From the NCBI GenBank assembly GCA_963815455.1, contig CAWFGO010000001.1, positions 32,001 through 96,000 on the forward strand: a DNA stretch of 64,000 nucleotides. The letters run 5' to 3'. The position numbers and the translations under genes are program-made. Below the pieces are notes generated by a model. It did not search any database, was not told the DNA's origin, and saw nothing but the letters and a program-made list of their open reading frames with translations. Source of the DNA: an uncultured Verrucomicrobiae bacterium. Lineage in GTDB: Bacteria; Verrucomicrobiota; Verrucomicrobiia; Chthoniobacterales; UBA10450. Positions 52,759 through 62,812 of this stretch are shown here, in pieces. The first letter of the stretch is position 1. Each line of letters starts with the position of its first letter.

Positions 52759-53126
52759 TACTCTTTGGGCGATGTCGTCGCAGAATTATCCGATGAGGCT
52801 ACGTTCTTTGCTTTCTTTCCCGTTAACTTCACACCGATAAAAGGATTGGATTCGCCCGTGTTGGTCTCATTCTTTTTGGTTCTGGATCTATCGTGACTCT
52901 GGGAAGTGGACGATCCTTCCGACACAGCAAAAGGATCGGCCTCGCGCTTGCGCTGACCCACACCGCCAAGATCGACACTCCCGCCAATTCCGACGCCGCC
53001 GTGGCCGCCGCCATGCCCGCCCTCTTTCCCCTTACCGCCCTTGCCGCCGCACCCGCCAAAAACGTTTCCGCTGAAAATCAAAACGCCCGCCAGAACACAG
53101 GCAACGAATCTGGTTGTTTGTTTCAT
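52758..53126 (-). CDS. Small Gly-rich secreted protein (operon gene 2)
   Basis: Signal peptide; AGGAG/AAGGA RBS; TAATG coupling to the next gene. Confidence 0.75.
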   Translation of the reverse strand: MKQTTRFVACVLAGVLIFSGNVFGGCGGKGGKGKEGGHGGGHGGVGIGGSVDLGGVGQRKREADPFAVSEGSSTSQSHDRSRTKKNETNTGESNPFIGVKLTGKKAKNVASSDNSATTSPKE

Positions 53127-53142
53127 GGTGATGTCCTTTCTC

Positions 53143-53673
53143 CTATTTGGCCAGAGAGGTCAGCGGCAGGACAACCGCTTGTCCGCCCGGTAACACAATC
53201 TGGAGTTTCTTTTCGGCCGTGAAAATTTCCTTCGGCCAATCGACTTTTGTGTAAGCGTAATCCCCTTTCGGTCCGAAAATCTTGTTCAGGTTAACGCCGA
53301 CGCCGGCGCCGTGAAGCCCCGAGGTGCCGCCGTATCCACCAACCGATACCGGGAGGCCGGTATTCTCTTCATGTCCCACTTTGCGATCCTCGCGAAACAC
53401 TGGTTTCGCCGCGGCGCCGCTCTTGTCGATCAACGCGATTTGCCCGGGCTTAATCAGCTTCTTATCCGCGCCGGAAACACGAATGATGATTCGCGTATTC
53501 TCCGGCTTGGCTTGATGCAATGTGTCGCCGATGGTTTCGATTGTGTAAGCGCCGCGTTTGGCCGTGTTATGCACCGGTGTGAGCGTGCCGCCCTTTCGCG
53601 AGCCCGCCTCGACCTGAAAATCGACAATCAATCCGGCAAGGAACAATGCGACGGCAATAGATACTTTTCTCAT
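53143..53673 (-). CDS. Secreted hypothetical protein (operon gene 1)
   Basis: GGAGG RBS; signal peptide ending VEA. Confidence 0.8.
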   Translation of the reverse strand: MRKVSIAVALFLAGLIVDFQVEAGSRKGGTLTPVHNTAKRGAYTIETIGDTLHQAKPENTRIIIRVSGADKKLIKPGQIALIDKSGAAAKPVFREDRKVGHEENTGLPVSVGGYGGTSGLHGAGVGVNLNKIFGPKGDYAYTKVDWPKEIFTAEKKLQIVLPGGQAVVLPLTSLAK

Positions 53674-53952
53674 GGCAGTTTTACCTCCGAGTTTTGGTCA
53701 TCACTGGACCATTGGTTGCAACGCGACGTCGATACACGAATCGCGCAAATTACCCCAAGAACCCCGACAGCCCTGCTGAAACGACAAAGTTTCATGTCGT
53801 GGACCCCTCAGATTAGCCGTTGCCCAGATCGATTGTAAAGAGCGTTTTTGATCCCGCCTTCTGCGCTTGCAAATCAAACATCGACACCGAATCCATTTGC
53901 CGCGCTTGACTTGACTCTCTCAACCATCAACTATCAACTTTCAACTCTCTCC

Positions 53953-54023
53953 GCGGGTGTAGTTCAATGGTAGAACGGCAGCTTCCCAAGCTGCATACGG
54001 GAGTTCGATTCTCCTCACCCGCT
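53953..54023 (+). tRNA. tRNA-Gly (CCC)
   Basis: Acceptor GCGGGTG/CACCCGC, anticodon arm GCAGC-TTCCCAA-GCTGC, T-loop GTTCGATT; CCA not encoded. Confidence 0.96.
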
Positions 54024-54127
54024 CACTTTGCTTTCATCGCCGCCGATTTGGAGTCGCTCGCACAACGTCCGCGAAGTGCTCAAGGTCGGATGACTCCGCG
54101 TCCTTCGTGACCTTTGTCGAGGTTCCA

Positions 54128-56299
54128 CTATTTCCCGCCACCGAAAAATTTGCGCAGGGTTTGGAAAAGTTTGTTGGGCAGCTCGGCCGCTTTGCGGGCT
54201 GGGTCTTGAAATCCGCGGGCGAACATTTGATCGCCGCCATGAATCTCGCACGGTTGGCTCGGAATCTTATCGACCGGCAGATCGATTTCGTAGGCCGTTC
54301 CGGCTTGCTGGCAACCGGTGGTGGCCAGATGATTTGAAATCGAGCACACCATCGCCTGCTGGATCGGCATGGTGGGTTGCAACGGTTGTGGCGGATAACG
54401 TTGGGCGGCTTTGTTCATCACCTGGACCCAGACAGGCAACGCCAATGCCGAGCCGTAGCCGCGCGGCATAATCGTGACCGGTTGATCGAACCCAACCCAT
54501 ACGCCGCAGGTGACCGTGCTGGTGTAACCGACGAACCAGGCGTCCTTGTAATCGTTGGTAGTGCCGGTCTTGCCCGCGGCCGGCAATTTGAAGCCTAACG
54601 AACGCGCGCTCGCTGCCGTCCCGCTGGTGAGCACGTCTTCCATTAACTGCGAGGTCATCCAGGCCGCGCTGGGATCGAGAGCCGGCACCGAAATGTGCGC
54701 GGCCCGATAAATCGGGCGGCGATCCTGATCGTCGATCCGTTCGATGATGTAGGCCTGCTTGCGCACCCCGGCGTTTGGAAAAACGGCGTAGGCCGCGCTC
54801 AGATCGCGCAGATTTGTTTCGAATGAGCCGATATAAATCGCCGGGCCGCGTGGGACATTCTGGCTAAGGTTGAGCGTGTTCGCGATTTTTTGCACGGCGT
54901 CGAGCCCAGCGAATTGCCCGACGCGCACGCTCATGGTGTTGCGCGAATGGACCAGTCCGTAGGAACATGGCTCGATCCCGCCGTAAGTGCCGTCGGAATT
55001 TCCGGGCGACCAATTTCCGGCGCCTTGAATCTCGCCCGGTTGAATCGGCCCGTCACTAATCGCCGCGCCGGGAAGAAGTCCATTGGTAAACGCGAGCGTG
55101 TAAACAAACGGCTTAAACGCCGAGCCGACCTGGCGATTGGTCGGCGCGAGCGCGCGATTGAATTTACTCTGCGAATAATCGCGGCCTCCGACAAGTGCCC
55201 GAATCCCGCCGCTGGCGTTGTCGATCGCTACGAGCGCGCCTTCGAGGTAAGGCATGGCCGAATCTTCGCCATTCTCCGGTGATTTGTAATTCGCTTTGAC
55301 CGGATGATTGAACCCCGGCTGTCGTTCGATTTTGGTCAGTTGCGTCTCCAGCGCTGCTTGAGCGGAATTTTGCACCGCCGGATCGAGCGTCGTGTAAATA
55401 AACATCCCGCCGTTGTCGATCTGGTCCTGGGTCAGAAGCAGGTTCAAATCGCGCTGGACCGCGTCCATCGCGTAATTTTCCTGGATTTGCAGCATCCGTT
55501 TCGGATGCGTGTTGACCTTTGCCTGGCGGGCTTGGGCAGCCTGCGCGGCCGAGATTTTTTTCAATTCGACCATGCGCTTCAGGACCGCGTCGCGTTGGGC
55601 AGCCGCACCTTTCGGATTCTTCAAAGGCGAAAACCGGTTCGGGCTGCGAATCAGGCCGGCCAGCAACGCCGCCTCGGACAAGTTCAACTTTGAAGCGTTC
55701 TTGCCGAAGTAGGCTTGCGACGCGGTCTCCACGCCGTAACAACCCGCGCCGAAATAAATTCGGTTAATATAAAGCTCGAGAATCTGCTGCTTGGTAAACT
55801 CGCGCTCGATGCGCAACGCGACCATCGCTTCGAGCATTTTGCGACTGATAGTGCGTCCGCCCAACGGAAGACTATTGCGGGCGAGCTGCTGGGTGAGACT
55901 GCTGGCGCCTTCCCGGGCCGACAGGCTCAGAACATCGCGAGCCAGGGCGCGCAAAACCCCGCGAAAATCGATTCCGCCGTGCTGGTAAAAACGCGTGTCC
56001 TCGCGCACCAGCAACGCATCGATAAACAACGGCGAGATTTCGCTGAGCGAAACCTTGAGACGATTCGCGCCGGCCAGGCGGCTGTAAATCTTACCATCGA
56101 CATCGAACACCGTGTTGCGTTCCGGCATTTGCCCCACCCGCTTCATGTCGAAGGTTTCCGCCCAAACCCCGTAGAATACGAGGACGCACAGGCCGATGCC
56201 GGCGACAACGCCGAACAGACTCAATTTCCAGCCGTAGCGGAACCAACGGCTGTTTCCGTTCTTTTTCTTGCCGGATCGGAGACGCGCGAAAAATTTCAT
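54128..56299 (-). CDS. Class A penicillin-binding protein (PBP1A family)
   Basis: EDTRFYQH.G, GASSLTQQL, SAFK, SRN, KTGT. Confidence 0.95.
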   Translation of the reverse strand: MKFFARLRSGKKKNGNSRWFRYGWKLSLFGVVAGIGLCVLVFYGVWAETFDMKRVGQMPERNTVFDVDGKIYSRLAGANRLKVSLSEISPLFIDALLVREDTRFYQHGGIDFRGVLRALARDVLSLSAREGASSLTQQLARNSLPLGGRTISRKMLEAMVALRIEREFTKQQILELYINRIYFGAGCYGVETASQAYFGKNASKLNLSEAALLAGLIRSPNRFSPLKNPKGAAAQRDAVLKRMVELKKISAAQAAQARQAKVNTHPKRMLQIQENYAMDAVQRDLNLLLTQDQIDNGGMFIYTTLDPAVQNSAQAALETQLTKIERQPGFNHPVKANYKSPENGEDSAMPYLEGALVAIDNASGGIRALVGGRDYSQSKFNRALAPTNRQVGSAFKPFVYTLAFTNGLLPGAAISDGPIQPGEIQGAGNWSPGNSDGTYGGIEPCSYGLVHSRNTMSVRVGQFAGLDAVQKIANTLNLSQNVPRGPAIYIGSFETNLRDLSAAYAVFPNAGVRKQAYIIERIDDQDRRPIYRAAHISVPALDPSAAWMTSQLMEDVLTSGTAASARSLGFKLPAAGKTGTTNDYKDAWFVGYTSTVTCGVWVGFDQPVTIMPRGYGSALALPVWVQVMNKAAQRYPPQPLQPTMPIQQAMVCSISNHLATTGCQQAGTAYEIDLPVDKIPSQPCEIHGGDQMFARGFQDPARKAAELPNKLFQTLRKFFGGGK

Positions 56300-56485
56300 C
56301 CCAGGAACTATGACAATCTAGCCACAGATTGGCTCAGATTAAACTAGCACCGTACAGCTGGTGGATCGGCCGCTCCGCCGGGCGATGGTAAACAAATGCG
56401 GCTTTGCCGCCTAATCTTAGCATCGAGCAACGGACTGCTCGATCCACCTTGCCGCGAAAGGGGATCGCGTGCGGAGAAACGTCCT

Positions 56486-56821
56486 CTACAAATTCAGCTT
56501 CACCGTGCCTTCGTGCAGCTCGTTCGGGCACGGGGCGTTGGTGGGAACGTCAGTCGGCGCGTCGCTCGACTGGACAACCCTGTTGTCGATTAAGTACTGC
56601 TCGACTTCCTCGCCGCTGATATCGGCGAGCATCTTGCCGTCGATCTCGACACAGGGCGAAAGCGGCTGGCCGCTTTTGGTTTCCATCTCCCAGCGAAACG
56701 CGGGATTCTGGATGATGTCCTTTTCGGTGTAGGGCAGATTGTATTTTGCCAGCACAGCGCGGACTCCGGCGCTCCATCCGCAAGTGGTCTTAAGGTAAGC
56801 AGTGATTTGAGGCGTATCCAT
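56486..56821 (-). CDS. Monothiol glutaredoxin-like protein
   Basis: CGWS motif, SGQ..SPCVEIDG. Confidence 0.82.
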   Translation of the reverse strand: MDTPQITAYLKTTCGWSAGVRAVLAKYNLPYTEKDIIQNPAFRWEMETKSGQPLSPCVEIDGKMLADISGEEVEQYLIDNRVVQSSDAPTDVPTNAPCPNELHEGTVKLNL

Positions 56822-56963
56822 TGGGCTCAATTTAGCATGCGAACCACAGCGTCACAATTTTTCCTTTCCCCACGTTAGCGAATCTCGCTCGTACGCCGGC
56901 GCGTGAGCGCATGATTTTTCGTTCGGCGTTTGACCCAAATGCCGCTACAACTTCCTTCCAGCG

Positions 56964-57485
56964 ATGAATCCGTCTCTTCCAATTCTGAGCGCGCTGATCG
57001 GCGCAGTCATTTTGCTGCTTGGACGCAGATTGTTCTGGTTGTGCGTGGCAGCTGTCGGGTTTGCGGCCGGCATTGAGATGGCGCCGCTTCTTGCTCACCA
57101 GCCGTCGCCCGTATTGGCGCTGACGTTCGCACTCGTGCTCGGATTTGTCGGAGCGCTCTTAGCTCTGTTTTTACAGAAACTCGCGATCGGCATAGTAGGA
57201 TTCCTGGCCGGCGGGAAATTGGCGACTGCAATCCTTGCCACCTTTTTTGTTCAGCAGACGAATTATTCCGCCATCACGTTCCTGCTCGGGGGAATCATCG
57301 GAGCGATCCTGCTTCTGATTTTGTTTAATTGGGCGCTGATTGTTCTCTCTTCCGTTGTTGGCGCATATTTAATTCAGAGCGCGGTCGTGCTGCCTTCGAC
57401 GGGAACGGCCATCCTGTTTATCGTGCTCGCGGTCATCGGTATGGTCGTCCAGACGACGGCCATGCGACGGACGCGCATCGTTTAA
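56964..57485 (+). CDS. DUF4203-like membrane protein
   Basis: LGRRLF..VGF..G; about 6 TM helices; terminal G..VQ. Confidence 0.75.
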   Translation: MNPSLPILSALIGAVILLLGRRLFWLCVAAVGFAAGIEMAPLLAHQPSPVLALTFALVLGFVGALLALFLQKLAIGIVGFLAGGKLATAILATFFVQQTNYSAITFLLGGIIGAILLLILFNWALIVLSSVVGAYLIQSAVVLPSTGTAILFIVLAVIGMVVQTTAMRRTRIV

Positions 57486-57525
57486 TTTTGCTGACAATTG
57501 CGGAGCGGCCTGAAAGAATTGGCCC

Positions 57526-57723
57526 ATGAGCTCACAAGCAACTGGATTACGCGTCGCGAGTGTCATTTTTGCCCTCGTTGCCATTGGACATCTGTGGCGT
57601 GTGATCGTTCATGCGCACGTGGTGATCGGCACCACAGAAATCCCAATGTGGCTAAGCGTGGCCGGGCTTATCATCGCTGGAACGCTCAGTATTTGGATGG
57701 GGCGACTATCCGCCCGCGGCTGA
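57526..57723 (+). CDS. Small two-TM membrane protein
   Basis: IFALVAIGHLWR..IPMWLS. Confidence 0.7.
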   Translation: MSSQATGLRVASVIFALVAIGHLWRVIVHAHVVIGTTEIPMWLSVAGLIIAGTLSIWMGRLSARG

Positions 57724-57816
57724 AACGACTTCGTACAACGGCCACAAAGGTTCGCAACGGCAAATAATCTCCTGTGATCCTTTGTGTTCGTCGTGACCTT
57801 CGCGTAAGTAACGGCT

Positions 57817-59340
57817 TCAATGCCGAAAATGCCGGATGCCGGTGAAGATCATCGACATGTTTCGTTGGTCCGCGGCGGCGATCACTTCGTCGTCACGCAC
57901 AGAACCGCCCGGCTGAATGGCACAGGTGGCGCCGGCCTCGGCCGCGGCGATTAGGCCGTCGGCAAATGGGAAAAAAGCGTCGCTGGCGATGGCACTGCCC
58001 TTGAGCGAAAGCCCCGCTTCCTCCGCTTTCCAAATCGCGATGCGCGACGCGTCGATCCGCGACATCTGACCCGCGCCAATGCCGAGCGTCCGATCCGGCG
58101 CGGCATAGACGATCGCATTCGATTTCACGTGCTTAACTACGCGCCAGCCAAAAAGCATCGCCTCCAGTTCGGTCTTGGTCGGCTGCCTTTTCGTCACCAC
58201 ATTTTGCGGAATCTCACTCGATCCATCCGGGTCCTGCACCAAAACGCCGCCAAACACCGAGCGGATGTCGATCTTCGGCCGGGCTTCGTTCACCGAAGTG
58301 AGCAACCGAATCAGACGCAGATTTTTTTTCTTCTGCAAAACGGCGCGCGCGGTCGGTTCGAACTCCGGCGCGATAATCACCTCGCTGAAAATTTCGCCGA
58401 TCACTTTCGCCAGCGGCTCGTCCAGCGGCCGGTTGCAAACAATGATCCCGCCAAAGGGTGCCTGTTTGTCGGTCGCATAAGCTTTTTCCCACGCCTGGCG
58501 AAGATCGACATCGGATCCGACGCCGCACGGATTGGTGTGTTTGAGAATCGCCACCGTCGATTCGTCAAATTCGCCGATCAAATTCGTGGCCGCGCTGATG
58601 TCGAGAATGTTATTAAAAGACAGCTCTTTGCCGTGAAGTTTTTCAAAATGCCGTTCAAAATCGCCGTAAAGCGCGGCGGTCTGGTGCGGGTTTTCCCCGT
58701 AACGCAACCGGCTGACGAGTGGCAGTGAAATCGAGAACGAAGCATCGGTCGCCTGCTCCTTGTTGAGAAAAGTGCCGATGGCCCGGTCGTACTCCGAAGT
58801 TTTAATGAACGCCTTGATCGCGAACCGCTCGCGCAATTTCAGAGTGGTCTCTCCTTTGTTGTCGCGCATCGCTTCCAGCAACGTGTCGTAATCTGATGGA
58901 TCGACCACGACCGTCACCGATTCGTAATTTTTCGCGGCGCTGCGGATCATCGAAGGCCCGCCGATGTCGATGTTCTCGATCGCTTCGGCCAGTGTGACGT
59001 TCGGTTTCCGGATTGTTTCTTCGAACGGATACAGATTTACCACCACGAGATCGATCGGCTCGAACCCGCACTCGCGGGCCTGCGCTTCGTGTTTGGGATT
59101 GCCGCGCTTGAAAAGCAGGCCGCCGTGGACGCGCGGATGCAGCGTTTTTACTCGTCCATCGAGCACTTCGGGAAACGCGGTAAAACTGGAAATCTCGCGG
59201 ACCGGAATTTTTTCTTTGCGCAGCAACTCGGCGGTGCCGCCCGTGGAGATGATATCGACGCCCTGACGCTCGAGCGCGCGAGCCAGCGCGGCGATGCCGG
59301 TTTTATCCGAAACAGAAATGAGAGCGCGGGAAATTTTCAT
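57817..59340 (-). CDS. purH: Bifunctional AICAR transformylase/IMP cyclohydrolase
   Basis: [43 protein letters not shown]. Confidence 0.98.
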   Translation of the reverse strand: MKISRALISVSDKTGIAALARALERQGVDIISTGGTAELLRKEKIPVREISSFTAFPEVLDGRVKTLHPRVHGGLLFKRGNPKHEAQARECGFEPIDLVVVNLYPFEETIRKPNVTLAEAIENIDIGGPSMIRSAAKNYESVTVVVDPSDYDTLLEAMRDNKGETTLKLRERFAIKAFIKTSEYDRAIGTFLNKEQATDASFSISLPLVSRLRYGENPHQTAALYGDFERHFEKLHGKELSFNNILDISAATNLIGEFDESTVAILKHTNPCGVGSDVDLRQAWEKAYATDKQAPFGGIIVCNRPLDEPLAKVIGEIFSEVIIAPEFEPTARAVLQKKKNLRLIRLLTSVNEARPKIDIRSVFGGVLVQDPDGSSEIPQNVVTKRQPTKTELEAMLFGWRVVKHVKSNAIVYAAPDRTLGIGAGQMSRIDASRIAIWKAEEAGLSLKGSAIASDAFFPFADGLIAAAEAGATCAIQPGGSVRDDEVIAAADQRNMSMIFTGIRHFRH

Positions 59341-59359
59341 GGTGAGACTAAAACTGTCA

Positions 59360-59441
59360 CGTCATTCCGAGCGAGGTCGAGGAATCCCGTTGCGAAACCT
59401 TAAGTAATACCACGGGATCCTTCGACTTCGCTCAGGATGAC
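59360..59441. repeat. TGTCAT-type REP doublet
   Basis: Near-identical arms to 23896-23978. Confidence 0.9.
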
Positions 59442-59456
59442 TTCAAGCGCCTCGCT

Positions 59457-60401
59457 TCAGCGATCCAGGATGACGTTTTTGGCCGCAGGGTACAGCACCG
59501 GGCAGCAGCCGATCGTTTCGCAAAAGGCCTTGCTGAAATGGCTGAGGCTCGAATAACCGACTTCCGTGGCGGCTTCGGTGACATTGTAACGGCCAGTGCG
59601 CAACAGCTCGGCCGCGCGCTCCATACGCACATTTCTTAGATATTGCGGAATGGTGAGACCAACCTCGCGTGAAAAAATTCGGCTCAGATAAAACGGACTG
59701 CACCCGACTTCCTGGCCGAGCATTTCCAGTGTCGGCGGGTTGGCCAGGTCGCGCGCCAGAACTTCCTTGACGCGTTCGACCCGCTCGCGGGCCACGCGCT
59801 TTTGCCGCATGCAAAAAAATTCCGGGTCCTTCGGCGCGAAAAGAAAATGCGCCATGAGCTCGAGCGCTTTGCTTTGGTACCAGAGAATCTGGGCCGCTTT
59901 CGGCACCGGCGGCTCGGTCAGACTCGCGATGACGTCGCGCTGTTGGATCGACATCGGACGGGTGGGCGCGACCACGCTTTCGTTTTTGCCGTCAAAAATG
60001 ATCCGGCGAATCTGCGGTTCAAGCCCGTCTTCGTTTTGCACCAGCTGTTTCTGCAAATGATCGCGCGAAAATTCGAGCGTGACGAATTGATGATGATCGC
60101 GCGCGTGACGCGATGCCGGTAACGGTTCGTCGGCCACGGCGTAGTAGCCAGAATTGCCGGGGAGATAATCGCCGCGCTCAGATCCCCGTCCGCCAACCGC
60201 GCCGCGGCCGTCGAGATTCAAACAAAACTCGAGACTCTGTGAATGAAAACTTCGTCCCCAATCGAGTGCTCGTTCGGTTCGAAAATCGTGCCATTCGATG
60301 CTCACTCCAAGGCGATCGAAATCGCCGTAAAGTTGACGCCATCCGCGGGCGACCCGGGTCCATGCGCCGTGCTCGGCGTGCGCTGCTTCGTTCGAAGTCA
60401 T
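59457..60401 (-). CDS. AraC-family transcriptional regulator
   Basis: SPFYLSRIF..G.TI..Y..RMERA..LL; VGYSSLSHFSKAF. Confidence 0.93.
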   Translation of the reverse strand: MTSNEAAHAEHGAWTRVARGWRQLYGDFDRLGVSIEWHDFRTERALDWGRSFHSQSLEFCLNLDGRGAVGGRGSERGDYLPGNSGYYAVADEPLPASRHARDHHQFVTLEFSRDHLQKQLVQNEDGLEPQIRRIIFDGKNESVVAPTRPMSIQQRDVIASLTEPPVPKAAQILWYQSKALELMAHFLFAPKDPEFFCMRQKRVARERVERVKEVLARDLANPPTLEMLGQEVGCSPFYLSRIFSREVGLTIPQYLRNVRMERAAELLRTGRYNVTEAATEVGYSSLSHFSKAFCETIGCCPVLYPAAKNVILDR

Positions 60402-60422
60402 TCCGTTTAATTTCGCTCCAAA

Positions 60423-61377
60423 TTACAGGCGCGGATGGGGCGAATGCAAGGAGGGTTTCACTTCCTCGAGCGCCGCCCGGTCCCATTGCCCGAGTTTCGC
60501 GGCGGCGTCATAAGTGCTCTGGGCGAATTCCAGCAGCGAGGCATCGGGCGACTTGGCCGTGCGAACAGCGTCGTACAGGTAGAACAAACTCGCGCATCTT
60601 GCCGTAATACGACGCGACGTCCGGGAGGATTTTGGCCCCGGCAAATCCCGCCGGTTCCGGATAAGCGTATGAGTAAAATATCGGCGTTGGCGCAGCGGGG
60701 TTGCCCGGCCAGAAACCGAGGCTGCTCACCTCCTGCGAGTATGCTTCCCGCGTGATCGCATCCGGGAGATGCGGGATGCCTCCGGGATGCGGCGGCGCCG
60801 GGCGTCCGGAAAAACGGGTCACAGCCAGATCAAAGCTGCCCCAGAAAAAGTGGACCGGACTGCACTTGCCGCAAAACCTGGAACGGAATTCTTTGAATAC
60901 TCGATCGCTTTGCACGAGAACACGCCAAAACCGATTCGCATACTCGGGATCGTAAGTACGATGTTGTTCGTCGCGATCGAATGCCACCGGGTTCTCGATT
61001 TCATTCGGCAGAACGTTGATAGTGACCGGCAATTCCATTTCCTGCAGCGCATTCATCACCTCTTCGTAAAATTTGGCCACAGACTGGGGACGCAACTTCC
61101 ACATGCGTGCCGCGCCATCGCTTTTGAGGATGCGCAATTCGTGATCGATGAAATCGAAACGGATTTCGAACGTAAAATTACCGTGCGGAATCGGCGAAGT
61201 GGTCAAGCCTCGAGAAGTGACATAGAGCGTGACGTGCCAGGAATGATTTGTCCACGGAGTCTGGGCCAAACGAATCTTGCCCACGATTTGCGTCCACATG
61301 TGCAGCGTGGTCGCGGTGTCCTGCCATTTTTCAAAAGGCAGGGCCGGCCAAAACTTATCGAGTTCGTCGGAGCGCAT
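60423..61377 (-). CDS. DUF5996 family protein, frameshift near 60580
   Basis: TLHMWTQIVGK, SPVHFFWGSFDLAVTRFSG, EAYSQE..GFWPG; C-terminus YDAVR..LLEFAQSTY in another frame. Confidence 0.82.
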
Positions 61378-61384
61378 CTTACTC

Positions 61385-61505
61385 TGTCATCCCGAGCGCA
61401 GTCGAGGGATCCCGTTGCTGAACCAACACCTCAAAAGACCGCCGCAATAGTTTTCGGCTTCTCATCGGGATTTCTCGACTTCGCTCCGCTCCGCTCGAAA
61501 TGACA
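61385..61505. repeat. TGTCAT-type REP doublet
   Basis: TGTCATCCCGAGCGCAGTCGAGGGATCCC...CTCGACTTCGCTCCGCTCCGCTCGAAATGACA. Confidence 0.88.
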
Positions 61506-61509
61506 TTAA

Positions 61510-62208
61510 CTAATCGCCGGCAATAAAATCGGCGAAGGAACGGCGCACTTTATGGAACATGTCGCTCGCTTCATCCTGGGCGCGATGAAATGTGTCTTTG
61601 ATTCGCGTCTTCGCGGTGCTCAAAATTCCGCGGTCGTTTTCCTTGCCACGATCTTCATCCGTTTCCACATCTGCCATGGTCGTCCCATCGAACATTCCTT
61701 CGGTCCGTGTGACCGTGCCGCGGTTTGCACCGATATAGATGGTCCCGACCGGTCGCGATCGATTCTGCAAGGTCACGATCCAGGTGGGTTCGCCACGCTC
61801 ATCTGTACGCAGTGTATAACTGGCGGTTTCAAAACGAGTATTCGATTTCTCGGCAGTATGACTGGCCACGCTGAACGCTCCGCTGGAGTCGAGATTCAAA
61901 CGCGCCGTCTTAATCGTCGCTCCTTCGCTTGATCCGGTCACCGAGCGGACCGGGGTGCGCTCGGAAACGATCCGGCCGCCGGCAACCTCCACTTCACGGA
62001 CGCCGCCGCGCGCCTGAGGATCGTCGAGCATGATCTTCCATGTCTCCGGTTGCGGGTCGCCCTCCGCGCCGGTAACAGAAATAACGTGATTGACACGATC
62101 GCGGCCCAGTTGCGACCCGACGACGCGCAAGGCTTCGTAAGCCGTGGCATGCTCCTGAGCAAAAGCCGGCGTGGCCAAAAGCAGAACCGCTGCAAACGAT
62201 CTCCACAT
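61510..62208 (-). CDS. Secreted hypothetical protein
   Basis: Signal peptide ending AFA-QE. Confidence 0.75.
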   Translation of the reverse strand: MWRSFAAVLLLATPAFAQEHATAYEALRVVGSQLGRDRVNHVISVTGAEGDPQPETWKIMLDDPQARGGVREVEVAGGRIVSERTPVRSVTGSSEGATIKTARLNLDSSGAFSVASHTAEKSNTRFETASYTLRTDERGEPTWIVTLQNRSRPVGTIYIGANRGTVTRTEGMFDGTTMADVETDEDRGKENDRGILSTAKTRIKDTFHRAQDEASDMFHKVRRSFADFIAGD

Positions 62209-62321
62209 GAGTGAAATTGAACAGCGGTTAAGGCTGCTGTCCATCGGGTTTTGCGCAAACTCTCCTTCCCACTTGAATCGGCCCGGATGCGTGTCCAGCT
62301 TCCAAGGTTCCCCAATCGCGA

Positions 62322-62723
62322 ATGAAGACGAAGAAAATCGAGTTTAGCAGCCACACCGGCAATCTCGCGTCGATGCGTTGTCTGGTTCGTGAATTTCTCG
62401 ACCGTTATCCATTCTCGGAGAAAGAGCGGATATTGATGGTGCTCGGCGTGGACGAAGCGTGCACCAACATCATTCGCTACGCTTATGATTTGCGCGACGA
62501 TCAGCCGATTGCCTTGTCACTGGAAGAATTGCGCACCTGCGTCCGTCTGCGGCTGCGCGATTACGGACAGCAAACCCGACCGCACGAAATGCGCGGCCGC
62601 CCTCATGACGCGGTCAAGCCCGGCGGACTCGGCCTGCATCTCATTCGCAACGCGTTCGATGAAGTGAATTATGTGCTCAAACCGCGCGGGACCGAGCTGG
62701 TGCTCACGAAGAAATTGGAATAA
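62322..62723 (+). CDS. RsbW-like anti-sigma factor kinase (HATPase)
   Basis: VDEACTNIIRY, RDYG, GGLGLHLI. Confidence 0.9.
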   Translation: MKTKKIEFSSHTGNLASMRCLVREFLDRYPFSEKERILMVLGVDEACTNIIRYAYDLRDDQPIALSLEELRTCVRLRLRDYGQQTRPHEMRGRPHDAVKPGGLGLHLIRNAFDEVNYVLKPRGTELVLTKKLE

Positions 62724-62745
62724 TCGATGATCGACGCGCCGCTGA

Positions 62746-62807
62746 CTGTAGGGGAAGCTGATAGCTTCCCAAGCATAAACGGGAGAAGCTGTCAGCTTCC
62801 CCTGCAG
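62746..62807. repeat. GTAG-type REP doublet
   Basis: CTGTAGGGGAAGCTGATAGCTTCCC...GAAGCTGTCAGCTTCCCCTGCAG. Confidence 0.75.
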
Positions 62808-62812
62808 AATTA

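Noticed and set aside
49229..54023. tRNA-integrated genomic island
   Set aside because: The operon lies on the 5' side of tRNA-Gly; no integrase or duplicated tRNA 3' end was seen.
59340..59457. ZTP riboswitch upstream of purH
   Set aside because: The spacer is almost fully occupied by a REP doublet; no riboswitch consensus was recognised.
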